A stretch of 64,000 nucleotides of DNA from Alphaproteobacteria bacterium. Its GTDB lineage: Bacteria; Pseudomonadota; Alphaproteobacteria; UBA828. The position numbers and the translations under genes were made by a program. How positions within the stretch are numbered: the first letter of the stretch is position 1; every line of letters begins with the position of its first letter. Under the pieces are notes generated by a model. That model was not told the DNA's origin, did no database searches, and saw only the letters and a list, made by a program, of their open reading frames with translations. This document shows, one piece after another, positions 1 through 9,657 of the stretch. Where the stretch lies: positions 160,001 to 224,000 of the forward strand of contig CBDCQT010000010.1 of NCBI GenBank assembly GCA_965220745.1, written 5' to 3'.

Positions 1-1153
1 CGAGGAACTCGAAGGCGCTCTCGCCGAGGCCGAGGAAGAGGCCCCGTCGAGCACGGAGCGAACACCGCGCGCGAAGCGCCCCGCCGCGGAACGCAACATC
101 GGCGATCTTCCGGCCCACCTGCCGCGCTCCTATAGGCTGGTCGAGCCCGAGAGCACGCAGTGCCCGTGCGGTTGCGGCGAGATGACCAAGATCGGCGAGG
201 ACCGCACCGAGCGGCTGGACATCATTCCGGCGCAGCTTCTGGTCATCGTCACCATCCGGCCGAAGTACGCCTGCCGCGCGTGCGAGGAGGGCGTCACCCA
301 GGCGCCGGCGCCGGGGCACCTTGTCGAGGGCGGTCTGCCCACCGAGGGCATGCTCGCCCACGTGCTGGTGTCGAAGTTCGCCGACCACCTTCCTCTATAC
401 CGTCAGTCGCAGATCTACGCCCGCTCGGGGATCGAGCTGCACCGCTCGACGCTGGCCGACTGGGTCGGCAAGGCGTCGTTCCACTTGCGGCCCGTGTTCG
501 ACTGCCTGAAGGGAGAGTTGAAGACGTCGAGCAACCTCGGCCTGGACGAGACCACGGTTCGGGTTCTCGACCCGGGCCGGGGCAAGACCAAGACCGGCTA
601 CATGTGGACGATGACGCGCGACGGGCGGGGCTGGTCCGGGGCCGATCCGCCGGGCGTGGTCTATGAGTATGCGCCCGGCCGCAGCGGCAAGCATGGCGAG
701 GACCTTCTCGAGGGCTTCAAGGGGACGGTACAGGTCGACGGCTATTCCGGTCACAACCGGCTGCGCCGGCCGGACCGGCCGGGTGGGGCGCTGACGCTGG
801 CGGCATGCTGGACCCACGCGAGGCGCGGCTTGAAGGAGGTGTTCGACAGCAACGCCTCGCCGATCGCGGCGGAGGGTCTGAAGCGGATCGCGCAGCTCTA
901 CAAGATCGAGGACAAGATCCGGGGCAAGCCGCCGGCGACGCGCCAGTTCGTCCGGTGGACCGAGTCGGCGCCGCTGGTGAACGCCTTCGGCGTGTGGCTC
1001 GACGAGCAGCGCTCGCGCGTCTCACCGCGCTCGCGCTTGGGCGAGAAGCTCACCTACATCGCCAACCAGTGGGATGGGCTGCTGGTGTTCCTGTACGACG
1101 GGCGCGTCGAGATGGACACCAACGCCATCGAGAACCCCATCCGCCCGATCAAG
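1..1153 (+). pseudogene. tnpC: IS66 transposase TnpC, 5' part (runs off window start; interrupted by LSR element)
   Basis: CPCGC...YACRAC zinc finger, KFADHLPLYRQ, LDETT, VDGYSG, CWTHARR, DTNAIEN motifs; IS66 similarity stops at ...IRPIK (AAG 1151-1153). Confidence 0.93.
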
Positions 1154-1180
1154 ACGATGGAGTCATTCTGCACCCCTTGT

Positions 1181-3265
1181 TCAAGTGTCTGAAAACATTG
1201 ACATCTGTTCCCGGCAAGAGGATCGATGCGGATGTCGTCTCCTCCTGTTGGCCAAGGCTTGGGCGACGTTCTCGGTATGAAGGTCTGCAACCTTGATCTG
1301 CCAGGGCGCTCCGGGAACGACCTGCCGGGCGGGCAACTCTCCCATCTTGATGAGACGTCGGATGACGTGACTGGTGACGCCGAGCTCCTTCGCGGCTTCG
1401 AACATGGTGCACCAAATGCCGTCCCTGTAGGCGGGGAAATGAGCGTGAATGCCGTTCACGCGGCGGATCGAGCTGACCCGTTTGGCCGTCCAGGTCTTGT
1501 CCTGGCCGGTGCGCATGCCCATCCGGTTGAGCGACGCGGCGATATGATCGTCGGACCATCGTCCCGCCATGTTCCGCATGACCGCCAGGGCCTCATCGGA
1601 TGTCCTGCTTCCGTGCTCGCCACTCTTCGGCTTGCGAACCCTTAGCTGTGAGTGTTGGCCGCCGCGCCAATGAATCGTCAGGACGACTTCGCGGGCCTCG
1701 TCGTCGACATTGGCGACGATGTCGATGATCAATGTGCGCACGAGTCTCTGGCGTGCGCGCATGCTCACACCGGGTGCATTCCAGGCGGCTTTCAGGTCGT
1801 GGGCGAGGCCGGCCAAGTCCGGGCTAACGGCTTGAGGGTCTGGCGAGTGCATCGCTTCCAGTCGCTCCTGGCACGCCTGCACGCGCTGCAGCGCGGTCTC
1901 CCAACTCTTCTCCAGTTCGGCGGCGATCAGCCGGTTGTCGGGGTCGCAGGCGGCATAACGCCGCTCGGCGAGCGATGCTTCGTAGCGAGCTTGTTGCAGA
2001 TCGAGTTCGGCCACGTGCTGTCGTTCCCGCAGACTTTCCTCACGTGTGCGCTCGGCCTCCAGCGACGCCTCCAGCGCCATGGGCTCCACGACACGGAGGA
2101 TCTCCGCGGCAATAGCCTCATCCACCCGCGCGCCGCCAAATCCCAAACAACGCTTGAGGCCGAGATGAAGGTTCGGTCGGTCGCAACGGTAACGTGGGCG
2201 GCCGGGTCGCCCCCCGACATAGGCGACCGCCAAGCCACGGCCGCATCGACCGCACGTGAGGAGACCGCTGAGCAATGCTCGCCCGCCGCGTCCCGACTTC
2301 CTGCCCCCTGACTTGCTGTAGCTGTTTGCGGCGAGCTGTGTCTGGTTGCGCTCGAACTCCGCCCAGTCGATGTAGCCCTCGTGATGGTTCTTCAACAGAA
2401 CCTCCCACTCCTCCATCGGCTTGGCATGACCGTATGTCTTCCGCACGTACCCATTGATGATCTCGGTCCGACTCTCGTTCTTTCCATACGCGTAGACGCC
2501 GGCGTAAAAGGGATTCTTCAGCACCGAGATCACGTTGCCGTAGCGGATCGGCGTCCAATCGAACGAAACCATTGTGCTGCCATCCGACGGGCGGGGGAAG
2601 CAGAGTTGTTCCGCGGTCAGCGCCAGGAGCACCTGTCGTGCGCTGGCCAGATCGCGAAACCGCGCGAAGATCAGGCGGACCGTCTCCTGGACGCGCTTGT
2701 CGGGGTCAAGCCCCAATCCAGTGTCGCGATCCCAGACGTACCCGACGGGTACACCGATCCGGAGTTCGCCGCGCGCTGCTTTGGACGACCGGGCATCGTG
2801 CATCCGGGCGCGTAGCACACCGAGTTCGAACTCGCTGATTGTTCCCTTCATGCCGAGCAGCAAACGATCGTTGGGACGGCGCGGATCGTAGACGCCGTCA
2901 TGGTCGATGACGCGCGCGCCGACAAGACCACACAGCTCGAGAATATGGTGCCAATCTCGACCATTCCGAGCGACCCGAGACGCCTCGAAACAAAGCACTG
3001 CACCGACGTCGCCGGCACACAGCCACGCGACCAGGCGCTCGAACCCGGGTCGCGCCACCGCGCCACCGGCCGACAAGCCGAGATCCTCATCGATGATCTC
3101 GACGGCGCCGAACCCGTGGTCACGCGCGATGTCCACGAGATCGTACTGAAGGCGCTGGCTCTCAAGGTTGCCGCGGACCTGGGCAGGCGTGGATTGGCGG
3201 ACATAGACCACCGCCTTGCGGGACAGTACCGACCCCGGCAGGGAATCAGACGCGCGCATCGTCAT
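1181..3265 (-). CDS. Large serine recombinase (resolvase, recombinase, Zn-ribbon, coiled coil, C-terminal HTH)
   Basis: AVVYVRQST catalytic Ser motif, ARPGF, EASRVARN, LKNPFYAG, LLSGLLTCGRCG; GGAGG RBS. Confidence 0.95.
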   Translation of the reverse strand: MTMRASDSLPGSVLSRKAVVYVRQSTPAQVRGNLESQRLQYDLVDIARDHGFGAVEIIDEDLGLSAGGAVARPGFERLVAWLCAGDVGAVLCFEASRVARNGRDWHHILELCGLVGARVIDHDGVYDPRRPNDRLLLGMKGTISEFELGVLRARMHDARSSKAARGELRIGVPVGYVWDRDTGLGLDPDKRVQETVRLIFARFRDLASARQVLLALTAEQLCFPRPSDGSTMVSFDWTPIRYGNVISVLKNPFYAGVYAYGKNESRTEIINGYVRKTYGHAKPMEEWEVLLKNHHEGYIDWAEFERNQTQLAANSYSKSGGRKSGRGGRALLSGLLTCGRCGRGLAVAYVGGRPGRPRYRCDRPNLHLGLKRCLGFGGARVDEAIAAEILRVVEPMALEASLEAERTREESLRERQHVAELDLQQARYEASLAERRYAACDPDNRLIAAELEKSWETALQRVQACQERLEAMHSPDPQAVSPDLAGLAHDLKAAWNAPGVSMRARQRLVRTLIIDIVANVDDEAREVVLTIHWRGGQHSQLRVRKPKSGEHGSRTSDEALAVMRNMAGRWSDDHIAASLNRMGMRTGQDKTWTAKRVSSIRRVNGIHAHFPAYRDGIWCTMFEAAKELGVTSHVIRRLIKMGELPARQVVPGAPWQIKVADLHTENVAQALANRRRRHPHRSSCREQMSMFSDT

Positions 3266-3431
3266 CCTCCCGTTCCAGGATGCCCGTGGCTTCCAGCAGC
3301 ACTCCGGCCAGCGCGCCGAGCACTTCGCCCCGTTCGCTCGGGCTCAGCCCCCGCAGCTTCGGGGCGTCCAGCGCCATGCTCAACTGGCGAGGTTCGACAG
3401 GTGGAAGCTGTAGCGTCGACACAGACTTCAT
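3246..3431 (-). CDS. 61-aa hypothetical protein upstream of the LSR (MKSVSTLQLPP...)
   Basis: GAGGAG RBS before ATG 3431; overlaps LSR start. Confidence 0.55.
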   Translation of the reverse strand: MKSVSTLQLPPVEPRQLSMALDAPKLRGLSPSERGEVLGALAGVLLEATGILEREDDDARV

Positions 3432-3748
3432 CGCGAATCTCCTCGATGACGGGATGGTCATCACAGGAGCTTGCTCTGAAGCCTTGCGTAACGAGAAGCT
3501 CATGGAGTTCGCCAAGAGCGGCAAGAGACGCCCGAGGCTCACCGAGCTCCATTCCGATGCAGGCCGCCGGATCGAGCATCCAGACGGCAACCTTTATGAC
3601 TACACCCGGCTGTAGCTCGAGCAGGGCGAGTGAGCCATCGGCTCGATGCTCGACGCGCTCAAGGCGGAGACGGCGGCCGAAATGGGCGTGCCACGGGTAA
3701 TGGACGACGCAATCCTGCCCGACATGGGCAGAATGAACGGATGATGAA
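3262..3748 (-). CDS. Accessory ORF open to the element end with no ATG in its 5' part (HSAHVGQDCVVHYPWHAHFGRR...WMLDPAAC)
   Basis: Frame open from attR to TGA 3262-3264, which overlaps the LSR ATG (ATGA); in the integrated state an in-frame TGA lies just outside the element. Confidence 0.65.
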
Positions 3749-3977
3749 GCTCACGAAGAAAAACGCGCTGTTCGCCGGCAGCGATGACGGCGCCACGACC
3801 TGGGCGCGATGCGCCAGCCTGATCGGCACCTGCAAGCTCAACGGCGTCAATCCGCAGGTCTACCTGACCGACACCCTGCGCCGGATCGTCGACATGCACC
3901 CCGTGTCACGCATCGATGACCTGATGCCCTGGAACTTCACCCCGACAATCCCGAGCGTCACACGTCAACAAGGGTGA
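3747..3977 (+). pseudogene. tnpC: IS66 TnpC 3' part
   Basis: KLTKKNALFAGSDDG...SLIGTCKLNGVNPQVYL...DDLMPWNF, the classic IS66 C-terminus. Confidence 0.93.
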
Positions 3978-3992
3978 CCGCGCGGCGCTTAC
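3975..3992. repeat. IS66 right terminal inverted repeat
   Basis: Ends in CGCTTAC (reverse complement GTAAGCG), IS66 terminus consensus, just after the tnpC stop. Confidence 0.75.
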
Positions 3993-4745
3993 ACTCATCC
4001 ACGTAGCGCTGAAAGTGATTCGGGCTGATCTTGTGGAACTTGCCGGCATGGGCGCGCTTCAGCATGGACCAGAAGCTCTCCGTGTCGTTGGTGTGGGCCA
4101 TCCCGCGCATGTGCTCGCCAGCGCTGTGGTTGACGTTCTCATGGTCGAACCATGCCGCCAGTGCGTCATAAGCCTTCGATTCGTCGGTGTAGACCTTCGC
4201 CCCTAGCAGTCTGTCGGACTTCCGACTTCAGAAAGTCGTAACTATTTGATTTTTCGACATTTGTGATTTCACTACTGGAGCTATTCGATTCACGAATATC
4301 TATACTTTTCAGCACGTTACGAAAATGGCGCTCCCAAAGTCCGACAGACTGCTAGCGTGGTCTTTTCCGCGACGAAGCACGCGAGGTGGGTGGTATCGGT
4401 GCGCCTGACATACCGCGCGGCGACCTTCCCTGTCTCGCGATCCTTCGTGCCGACCACCGCGGCCTTGCCAACCGCGCCCCGGCCCGTGTCCGCCAATTCC
4501 TTCCGCTTCGCCTTGTGTCGAACTGGTGCTGGCCCCCGGGCGGGTGCGGGCCGGGCACGCGGAGCGGATGCGCTCGCCGGTCGGCGAGATGCCGTACCTC
4601 GGAATCTCGACACTGGCTGACCGCTTGTCAGACCTCCGACATTGCCGCTCGACCCAACGACCTACCGGCAGAGGGCAAGCTGCGGCAACCTGGCCATCAT
4701 GTTCCTGTAGCGTTCCAATGCGCCGCAAAACTTTTGCATTCCACT
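3993..4745 (-). pseudogene. IS1595-family transposase remnant, cut by IS66 and interrupted by a MITE
   Basis: Fragments GRGAVGKAAVVGTKDRETGKV and VYTDESKAY...HENVNHS...HTNDTESFWSMLKRA...HFQRYVDE. Confidence 0.8.
4207..4351. mobile_element. 145-bp MITE, perfect 15-bp TIRs, CTAG duplication
   Basis: CAGTCTGTCGGACTT (4207-4221) / AAGTCCGACAGACTG (4337-4351); CTAG at 4203-4206 and 4352-4355. Confidence 0.88.
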
Positions 4746-5237
4746 CACCCGGCGGGGGGCTGACAGCCCATATCTGGTCGCCAACGTTGGGCGGCTGTGC
4801 GGTCGCAATGTGTCACCCACAGGGTACAGGCGTTTGCATAGGCTCGAATTTTGTGGTTCAATTCTTCCCGCAAACCTTCAGGCAGTCCCGCTGAGTCGGG
4901 TCTCCTGCTGAATAGAACAGCCTGATACCCGGCGTGGGGTAGCTCCCTGCGTTTGGCGAATAGGCAGGGTCTCTCAATCTGTCTGAGGGTTTGCAAAGGC
5001 CCGGCACCTGGGTCGGGTCACTTCGCGCTCAGATGGAGGATCCTGCAATTGCGAAACAATTGTCGACCCAAGCCGTTTCGATGACCTAGACCAGCCGACG
5101 AAAGCGTAGGTGCGTTCAACCTGCGTCAGCATTGTGTCGCAACCGCTAGAACGACCACATCTTAATGGGCTGAGTCTGCCAGTCTAGATACTGGGAGTGT
5201 TTCTACTCGTACTCCTAGCGAGCAGTGGCGAGGGGTC

Positions 5238-5489
5238 ATGAAGAAAACGTTTCAAGCAGTGACTGTCATTTCGTGCATGATTATCGGCTCGGCATTTCTC
5301 GCGCAGGATCTCCGCGCTCAAGTAGTGGGCTGTTTTGACTACTTCACCCGCACATGGGTGTGCCCCCCTACCTGCTCTACCTGGCGCGGGCAATGCCCTA
5401 TTGTCGTGCCGGGTTACTACTATCCTGGCGACCGATGCACGTGCCATTGGCCTGTTGGTCCGCCCTCTCGCGGGAGAATCATCGAATAG
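5238..5489 (+). CDS. Small secreted Cys-rich protein A
   Basis: GAGGGG RBS; signal-peptide-like N-terminus; six Cys in mature part; paralog of 6001-6258. Confidence 0.75.
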   Translation: MKKTFQAVTVISCMIIGSAFLAQDLRAQVVGCFDYFTRTWVCPPTCSTWRGQCPIVVPGYYYPGDRCTCHWPVGPPSRGRIIE

Positions 5490-5498
5490 GAGTCGAAG

Positions 5499-5669
5499 AT
5501 GAAGAAAGCGATCGTGTTTTGCCTTCTGCTGCTTGTGCTCGGCGCGGCTGGTGGTTGTTACGGGACCGGTTCGGGAAGTTCGTCCGGTGTCGGAGTTCCC
5601 ACCGTTTCTCCCCCTACTTCAATTGACTACGACTTCCGCGGCCCAATACTTTCGCCGGGCGTACTCTAG
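5499..5669 (+). CDS. 56-aa putative lipoprotein (below ORF-track cutoff)
   Basis: AGGAG RBS; MKKAIVFCLLLLVLGAAGG-C then G/S-rich tether. Confidence 0.55.
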   Translation: MKKAIVFCLLLLVLGAAGGCYGTGSGSSSGVGVPTVSPPTSIDYDFRGPILSPGVL

Positions 5670-5709
5670 ATTAACACAACGATAACCGAATCTATGAAAG
5701 AGAAGTATA

Positions 5710-5922
5710 GTGATACCAAGTCGCGCATTGACGCTTTGTTTCCTGCTACTGGCTCTTCCCATGGCAAACGTGGTGAGCGCAGATGACTGGCTTTAGCGCG
5801 ACGCCAATGGCGATTGGGCCGCAGCACAGTATGCTCTTGCGGAGAAATACGTCTTCGGCGAAGACGATTATCCAGAAGATAGAGAAAAGGCGCTGGTGTG
5901 GCACTTGCGAGGATATTGCTAG
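5710..5922 (+). pseudogene. Secreted Sel1-like repeat protein remnant
   Basis: Signal-like MIPSRALTLCFLLLALPMANVVSA, in-frame TAG 5794-5796, then AAQYALAEKYVFGEDDYPEDREKALVWHLR. Confidence 0.6.
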
Positions 5923-6000
5923 TAGGGCACCTTACTAATGATACGGCTGACTACGCCCATAAACCCCGTAACGTGGCTACCCAAACGAGAGAGGCTAGAC

Positions 6001-6258
6001 ATGATGAGGTTAATTGCCATTGCCAGCTTACTTTTCGTTTTATGCGCGTCTTTGTTGACACAAACGTCGCAAGCCCAAGCGAATGAATGTTATGACTACT
6101 ATCGTGACCAATGGCGAGCTAGCGAACCTTATAGTCCATGCTGGCCCAGGTGTTATACCTCGCAGGGGTGGTGTTGGATGTCTCATCCGTGGAAGCGCCC
6201 GGGGGACAATTGTATTTGCCAGGGCCCTCATGGAAGTCGTTTCGGCGAAGTAGGTTGA
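6001..6258 (+). CDS. Small secreted Cys-rich protein B
   Basis: GAGAGG RBS; signal-peptide-like N-terminus ending SQA; same six-Cys pattern as protein A. Confidence 0.75.
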   Translation: MMRLIAIASLLFVLCASLLTQTSQAQANECYDYYRDQWRASEPYSPCWPRCYTSQGWCWMSHPWKRPGDNCICQGPHGSRFGEVG

Positions 6259-6530
6259 CGACTGACGAAAAGCTAGCTAAAGAGCTGGGAAGCTGAGGCA
6301 AAATGGCTGCTTGGAGAACTAACAACCTCCGGCGACGTTCTGGTCAACATTGTCCGAACCAGTTTGATTGGTAAACCCAATATTCCTGACACTAAGCTTC
6401 GTTGCATGTAGACCGAAGTTGTCTGTCTCGGAGTCGTGCTAGATGCGTTCTTTGTCAAGCAATAAGTAAGAAAGTAACACAGAAATATTATCGGGTTCTA
6501 CTTAAGATAAGTAGTTTGTTTTAGGCTAAA

Positions 6531-6668
6531 TATTCTGTCGGACTTTCGACCTAATAATGTCGTAACTTATGGATTTTTCTTGAATGCACCATTGGCACTA
6601 TTCGATTCAACAATATCTATGGTGTTCAACACGTTGCGCAGTTGGCGCCCGCAAATTACGACAGACTT
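6531..6668. mobile_element. Diverged second copy of the CTAG MITE
   Basis: Shares TCTGTCGGACTT, GTCGTAACT, TATTCGATTCA, AATATCTAT, CACGTT, TGGCGC, CGACAGACT-CTAG with 4207-4351, same orientation. Confidence 0.75.
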
Positions 6669-6851
6669 CTAGGTGGCATGGAGGTCCTCTATAGTAGGAC
6701 AGCGTTCCGCTCGACAGCCCGTTTTCCACGATTAATTCCTTGTAGGGGAGTTGCTCCCAGAACTAGCCGTTTGTCTCATAGGGTGATCGTGGCACCTCGA
6801 CGACGGAGGCTCTGAGTAGGGATGTAAACCTGAGCGCGATTAGGGCACTCG

Positions 6852-7913
6852 TCATCCCCCACTATTCCTCAGAAGCGGGCTCGAATGACTGTGCTTAAAG
6901 GTCAAGATTGAGTCTCCAACATTGACGGTACCACTGAGTTCTCGCGCGATGGCGGCTCCGATGCGCTCTGCCGCCGTTTCGGTCTCGCGGTCTCCGACAT
7001 GGGCGTAGCGCATCGTCATGCTCGGTCGCCTGTGGCCAAGCAGGCGCGAAACCACCGGCAGCGGAACGCCTTGCAGTACGGCGTGGCTAGCTACCGTGTG
7101 TCGGAGATCGTGAAGGCGAACATCCTCGATCCCGGCTTCCCTGCGTACCGACCGCCAGAGCTTGAGATCTGGCGAGAGCGGCTTGCCGGTCTTTCAAGGC
7201 GAAGGAAAGACGTATGTGCTCCCGAATCGCGGCTGCCGATCGAGGATGGCGCGTGCCGGTGCATTCAGGAAGACTCGCCGCGGTCCCGACTTGGCGTCGC
7301 TCAGGTTGATCGTGTTCCCGTCCACGTCCTGCCAGCGCAGGGTCAGGATTTCGCTCTTCCGGCATCCGGTCAGCAGCAGAAGGCGGATGATGTCTGCCTG
7401 CTGCGCGCGTGACGGCTGCACGGCGGCGATGTGGTCCAGCGCGCGATGAAGTCGCTGGACCTCCTCGTGCGAGAGGAAGCGGGTGACTCCGGCATGGGTG
7501 ATGCGGTCTAACGACAGCGAGCCGAAAGCGGGCAGCAAGCGAGCCTTCAAGGCCCAGCGCTCGGACTTTTGCGTCGACGGCTTGCACCTGTCGAGACAGA
7601 CACGCCCCGGCCCGGCGACGAATTCCTCGAATGTCGGCATGGCGTCGCCGTCGTTGCGGGTCGGCCGCTCACCGGTCTCGAATGCACGACACCGGCTGCG
7701 TGCTTCCTCGACGCTCATCAAGGCGGCGGGTCCGAGCGTGATCCGTCTTGCGTCGCCATCGCCACTGCGGCGATACACGAAGCTTCGGTGCCCCGAAGGA
7801 CGCACGCGCACGCCGAGACCGTCATGTCGGGCGTCGAAGACCGTATACTCGCGCGCCGCCGGCTTCAGCCTCGTGACGTTGGCATCCGTCAGTCGTTGTC
7901 TCTTTACGGCCAT
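6852..7913 (-). pseudogene. Tyrosine integrase with arm-binding N-domain, second of tandem pair; nonsense codon and internal deletion
   Basis: LLLTGCRKSEIL, RLHDLRHT, LLGH..MTMRYAH all in one frame with a single TGA at 7194-7196; core-binding region shorter than in the paralog. Confidence 0.85.
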
Positions 7914-7916
7914 TTC

Positions 7917-9041
7917 CTAGCCCCCGAGGACAGCGCCGATGGTGTCGACCGCCTCACGCACCATGGCGTCGGACAAATGCGCGTATTTCAGGGTCGTCTC
8001 CGGGTCGCGATGCCCGAGAAGCCTGCCGATGGTCAGCACCGTCTCGCCCTGCGCCATGGCGACGCTGGCGTACGTGTGCCTGAGGTCATGAATTCGGACG
8101 TCGTGCAGGTCAGCTTCCGCTCTTGCGCGATACCAGAGCTGGTCGACCGCCACCGCGGTCATGCAGCGGTTCGTCCTGGTCGAAGGGAATATCCAGACCG
8201 ACTTGCGTGGCAATCCGTCGAGGATCGCGCGCGCGGCAGACGAGAGCCAGACCGTGCGCGGCCCAACCTTGCTATCGGGCAGGAAGAGGTTACCCTCGCG
8301 ATAGAAGCGCCATTTCAGGGTGACAATCTCGCCCTTGCGGCATCCGGTGAGGAGAAGCAGCCGTATGATTGCTGTAGCCTGCGGGTGGTCGACTTCATGG
8401 CGGGACAGCACTTCGCCAAGCCGGCGAATCTCGGCGGTTGACAGGAAGCGCTGCCGTCCCCGGCGGCGGTATCGCTTGATGCCGGCGCAAGGGTTTGTCC
8501 CCTCGGGCCTGTAGCCGTAGACCTCGGCCTGGCGCATGATGACCGAGAGGATGGGGGCTGACCGGTCTGCCGAGACCGGGGTATTGTGGAGCGCCGCGAA
8601 CCAGTGCTGGACGTCATGGGCAGTGATGTCGGCGATGGGGCGCCCTTCGAACCAGGGCAAGATATGGTTGCTGAAGTAATTCCGATTGACCTTGAGTGTC
8701 GAGGGCTTCCAGTTTCGGGCGTATCGCCGGAAGACTTCGCTGGCGACCGTCTCGAAGGCGATGTCCGGCGGTGCTGCGGCCGCGTCACCGTTTCCGTTCC
8801 TGATTGCGGCCAACATGGCCCTGGCGCGCTCGCGGGCCTCGTCCACACTAACGTCGTCGGCTTTGCCGATGAGTCTCCAGACTCGCCTGCCATCGTACTG
8901 AGTATGGATGAAGTAGCGCTTGGCGCCCGAGGGCAGGACCCTAACGCCGAAGCTCTTGAGTTCGGGGTCACGGACGTCGTGGGCGGACTTGCGGGGCTTG
9001 AGCGCATCGACGCGGCGCTGACTGAGGCGAGCAGTTGCCAT
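7917..9041 (-). CDS. Tyrosine integrase with arm-binding N-domain
   Basis: FGVRVLPSGAK N-domain; TGCRKGE, RIHDLRHT, LLGH, TTLKYAH catalytic motifs. Confidence 0.93.
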   Translation of the reverse strand: MATARLSQRRVDALKPRKSAHDVRDPELKSFGVRVLPSGAKRYFIHTQYDGRRVWRLIGKADDVSVDEARERARAMLAAIRNGNGDAAAAPPDIAFETVASEVFRRYARNWKPSTLKVNRNYFSNHILPWFEGRPIADITAHDVQHWFAALHNTPVSADRSAPILSVIMRQAEVYGYRPEGTNPCAGIKRYRRRGRQRFLSTAEIRRLGEVLSRHEVDHPQATAIIRLLLLTGCRKGEIVTLKWRFYREGNLFLPDSKVGPRTVWLSSAARAILDGLPRKSVWIFPSTRTNRCMTAVAVDQLWYRARAEADLHDVRIHDLRHTYASVAMAQGETVLTIGRLLGHRDPETTLKYAHLSDAMVREAVDTIGAVLGG

Positions 9042-9657
9042 GGAATTTCCTCCCCAGTTCAGTTGCAGCCGGGGACAGAATTCGGGCAGAATTCGTGTCA
9101 CTTGGCCGAATTAGGAGGAAAAAAGCAACGCTATGTCAGTATGTTAGCACTGAAAGTGCGCGAGCGCGAGTACCACATCTAGGATCAGCGAATATGCGCG
9201 CTATTCGGCAATCATCAACAGCTGGTGCGTGGTGCGCGGGTTTGCGCGATCGACCCGGCAGATACCTGGTGGGGACTGCGGCTCATGGCCGACGGGGCCG
9301 CTCCGTCCGGCCATCGGATCGTCATCTTCGCGGGGCAGCACGCGGACCTGCCGATCCAGGCCGCCGATGGTCCCGCCATCGCCGGGACCATCGGCACATC
9401 GCCCGCCATACCCACCATCATCGACACACGGCAAATGACCGTGTCCGAGCGCACGCGTTTCTTCACCGGGTTCGCCGAAACCCCGGTGCGGACCAATCAA
9501 GGGGAGCTGACGGTGATTCGCCGGAGTATTGCCGGTGGACAGGCTGTCCTGAGCTTCCCGGCGCTCATTATCGATCGGCCTGCGGATTGGCTGCCGATCG
9601 GCACGGCAAGCGTCAAATCCGGCGGGACTCAGGGGGGCGAAGTTGGACGCCAACACC

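Larger units (their letters stand above)
1154..3749 (-). mobile_element. LSR integrative element (~2.6 kb) inserted in IS66 tnpC
   Basis: AAG at both junctions (1151-1153, 3747-3749); internal inverted arms TCATTCTGC (1163-1171) and GCAGAATGA (3728-3736); removal rejoins tnpC in frame. Confidence 0.88.

Noticed and set aside
5794-5796. Amber read-through or pyrrolysine use
   Set aside because: No pyl genes; the MttB has no amber codon; the Sel1 ORF ends after one repeat, so decay is simpler.
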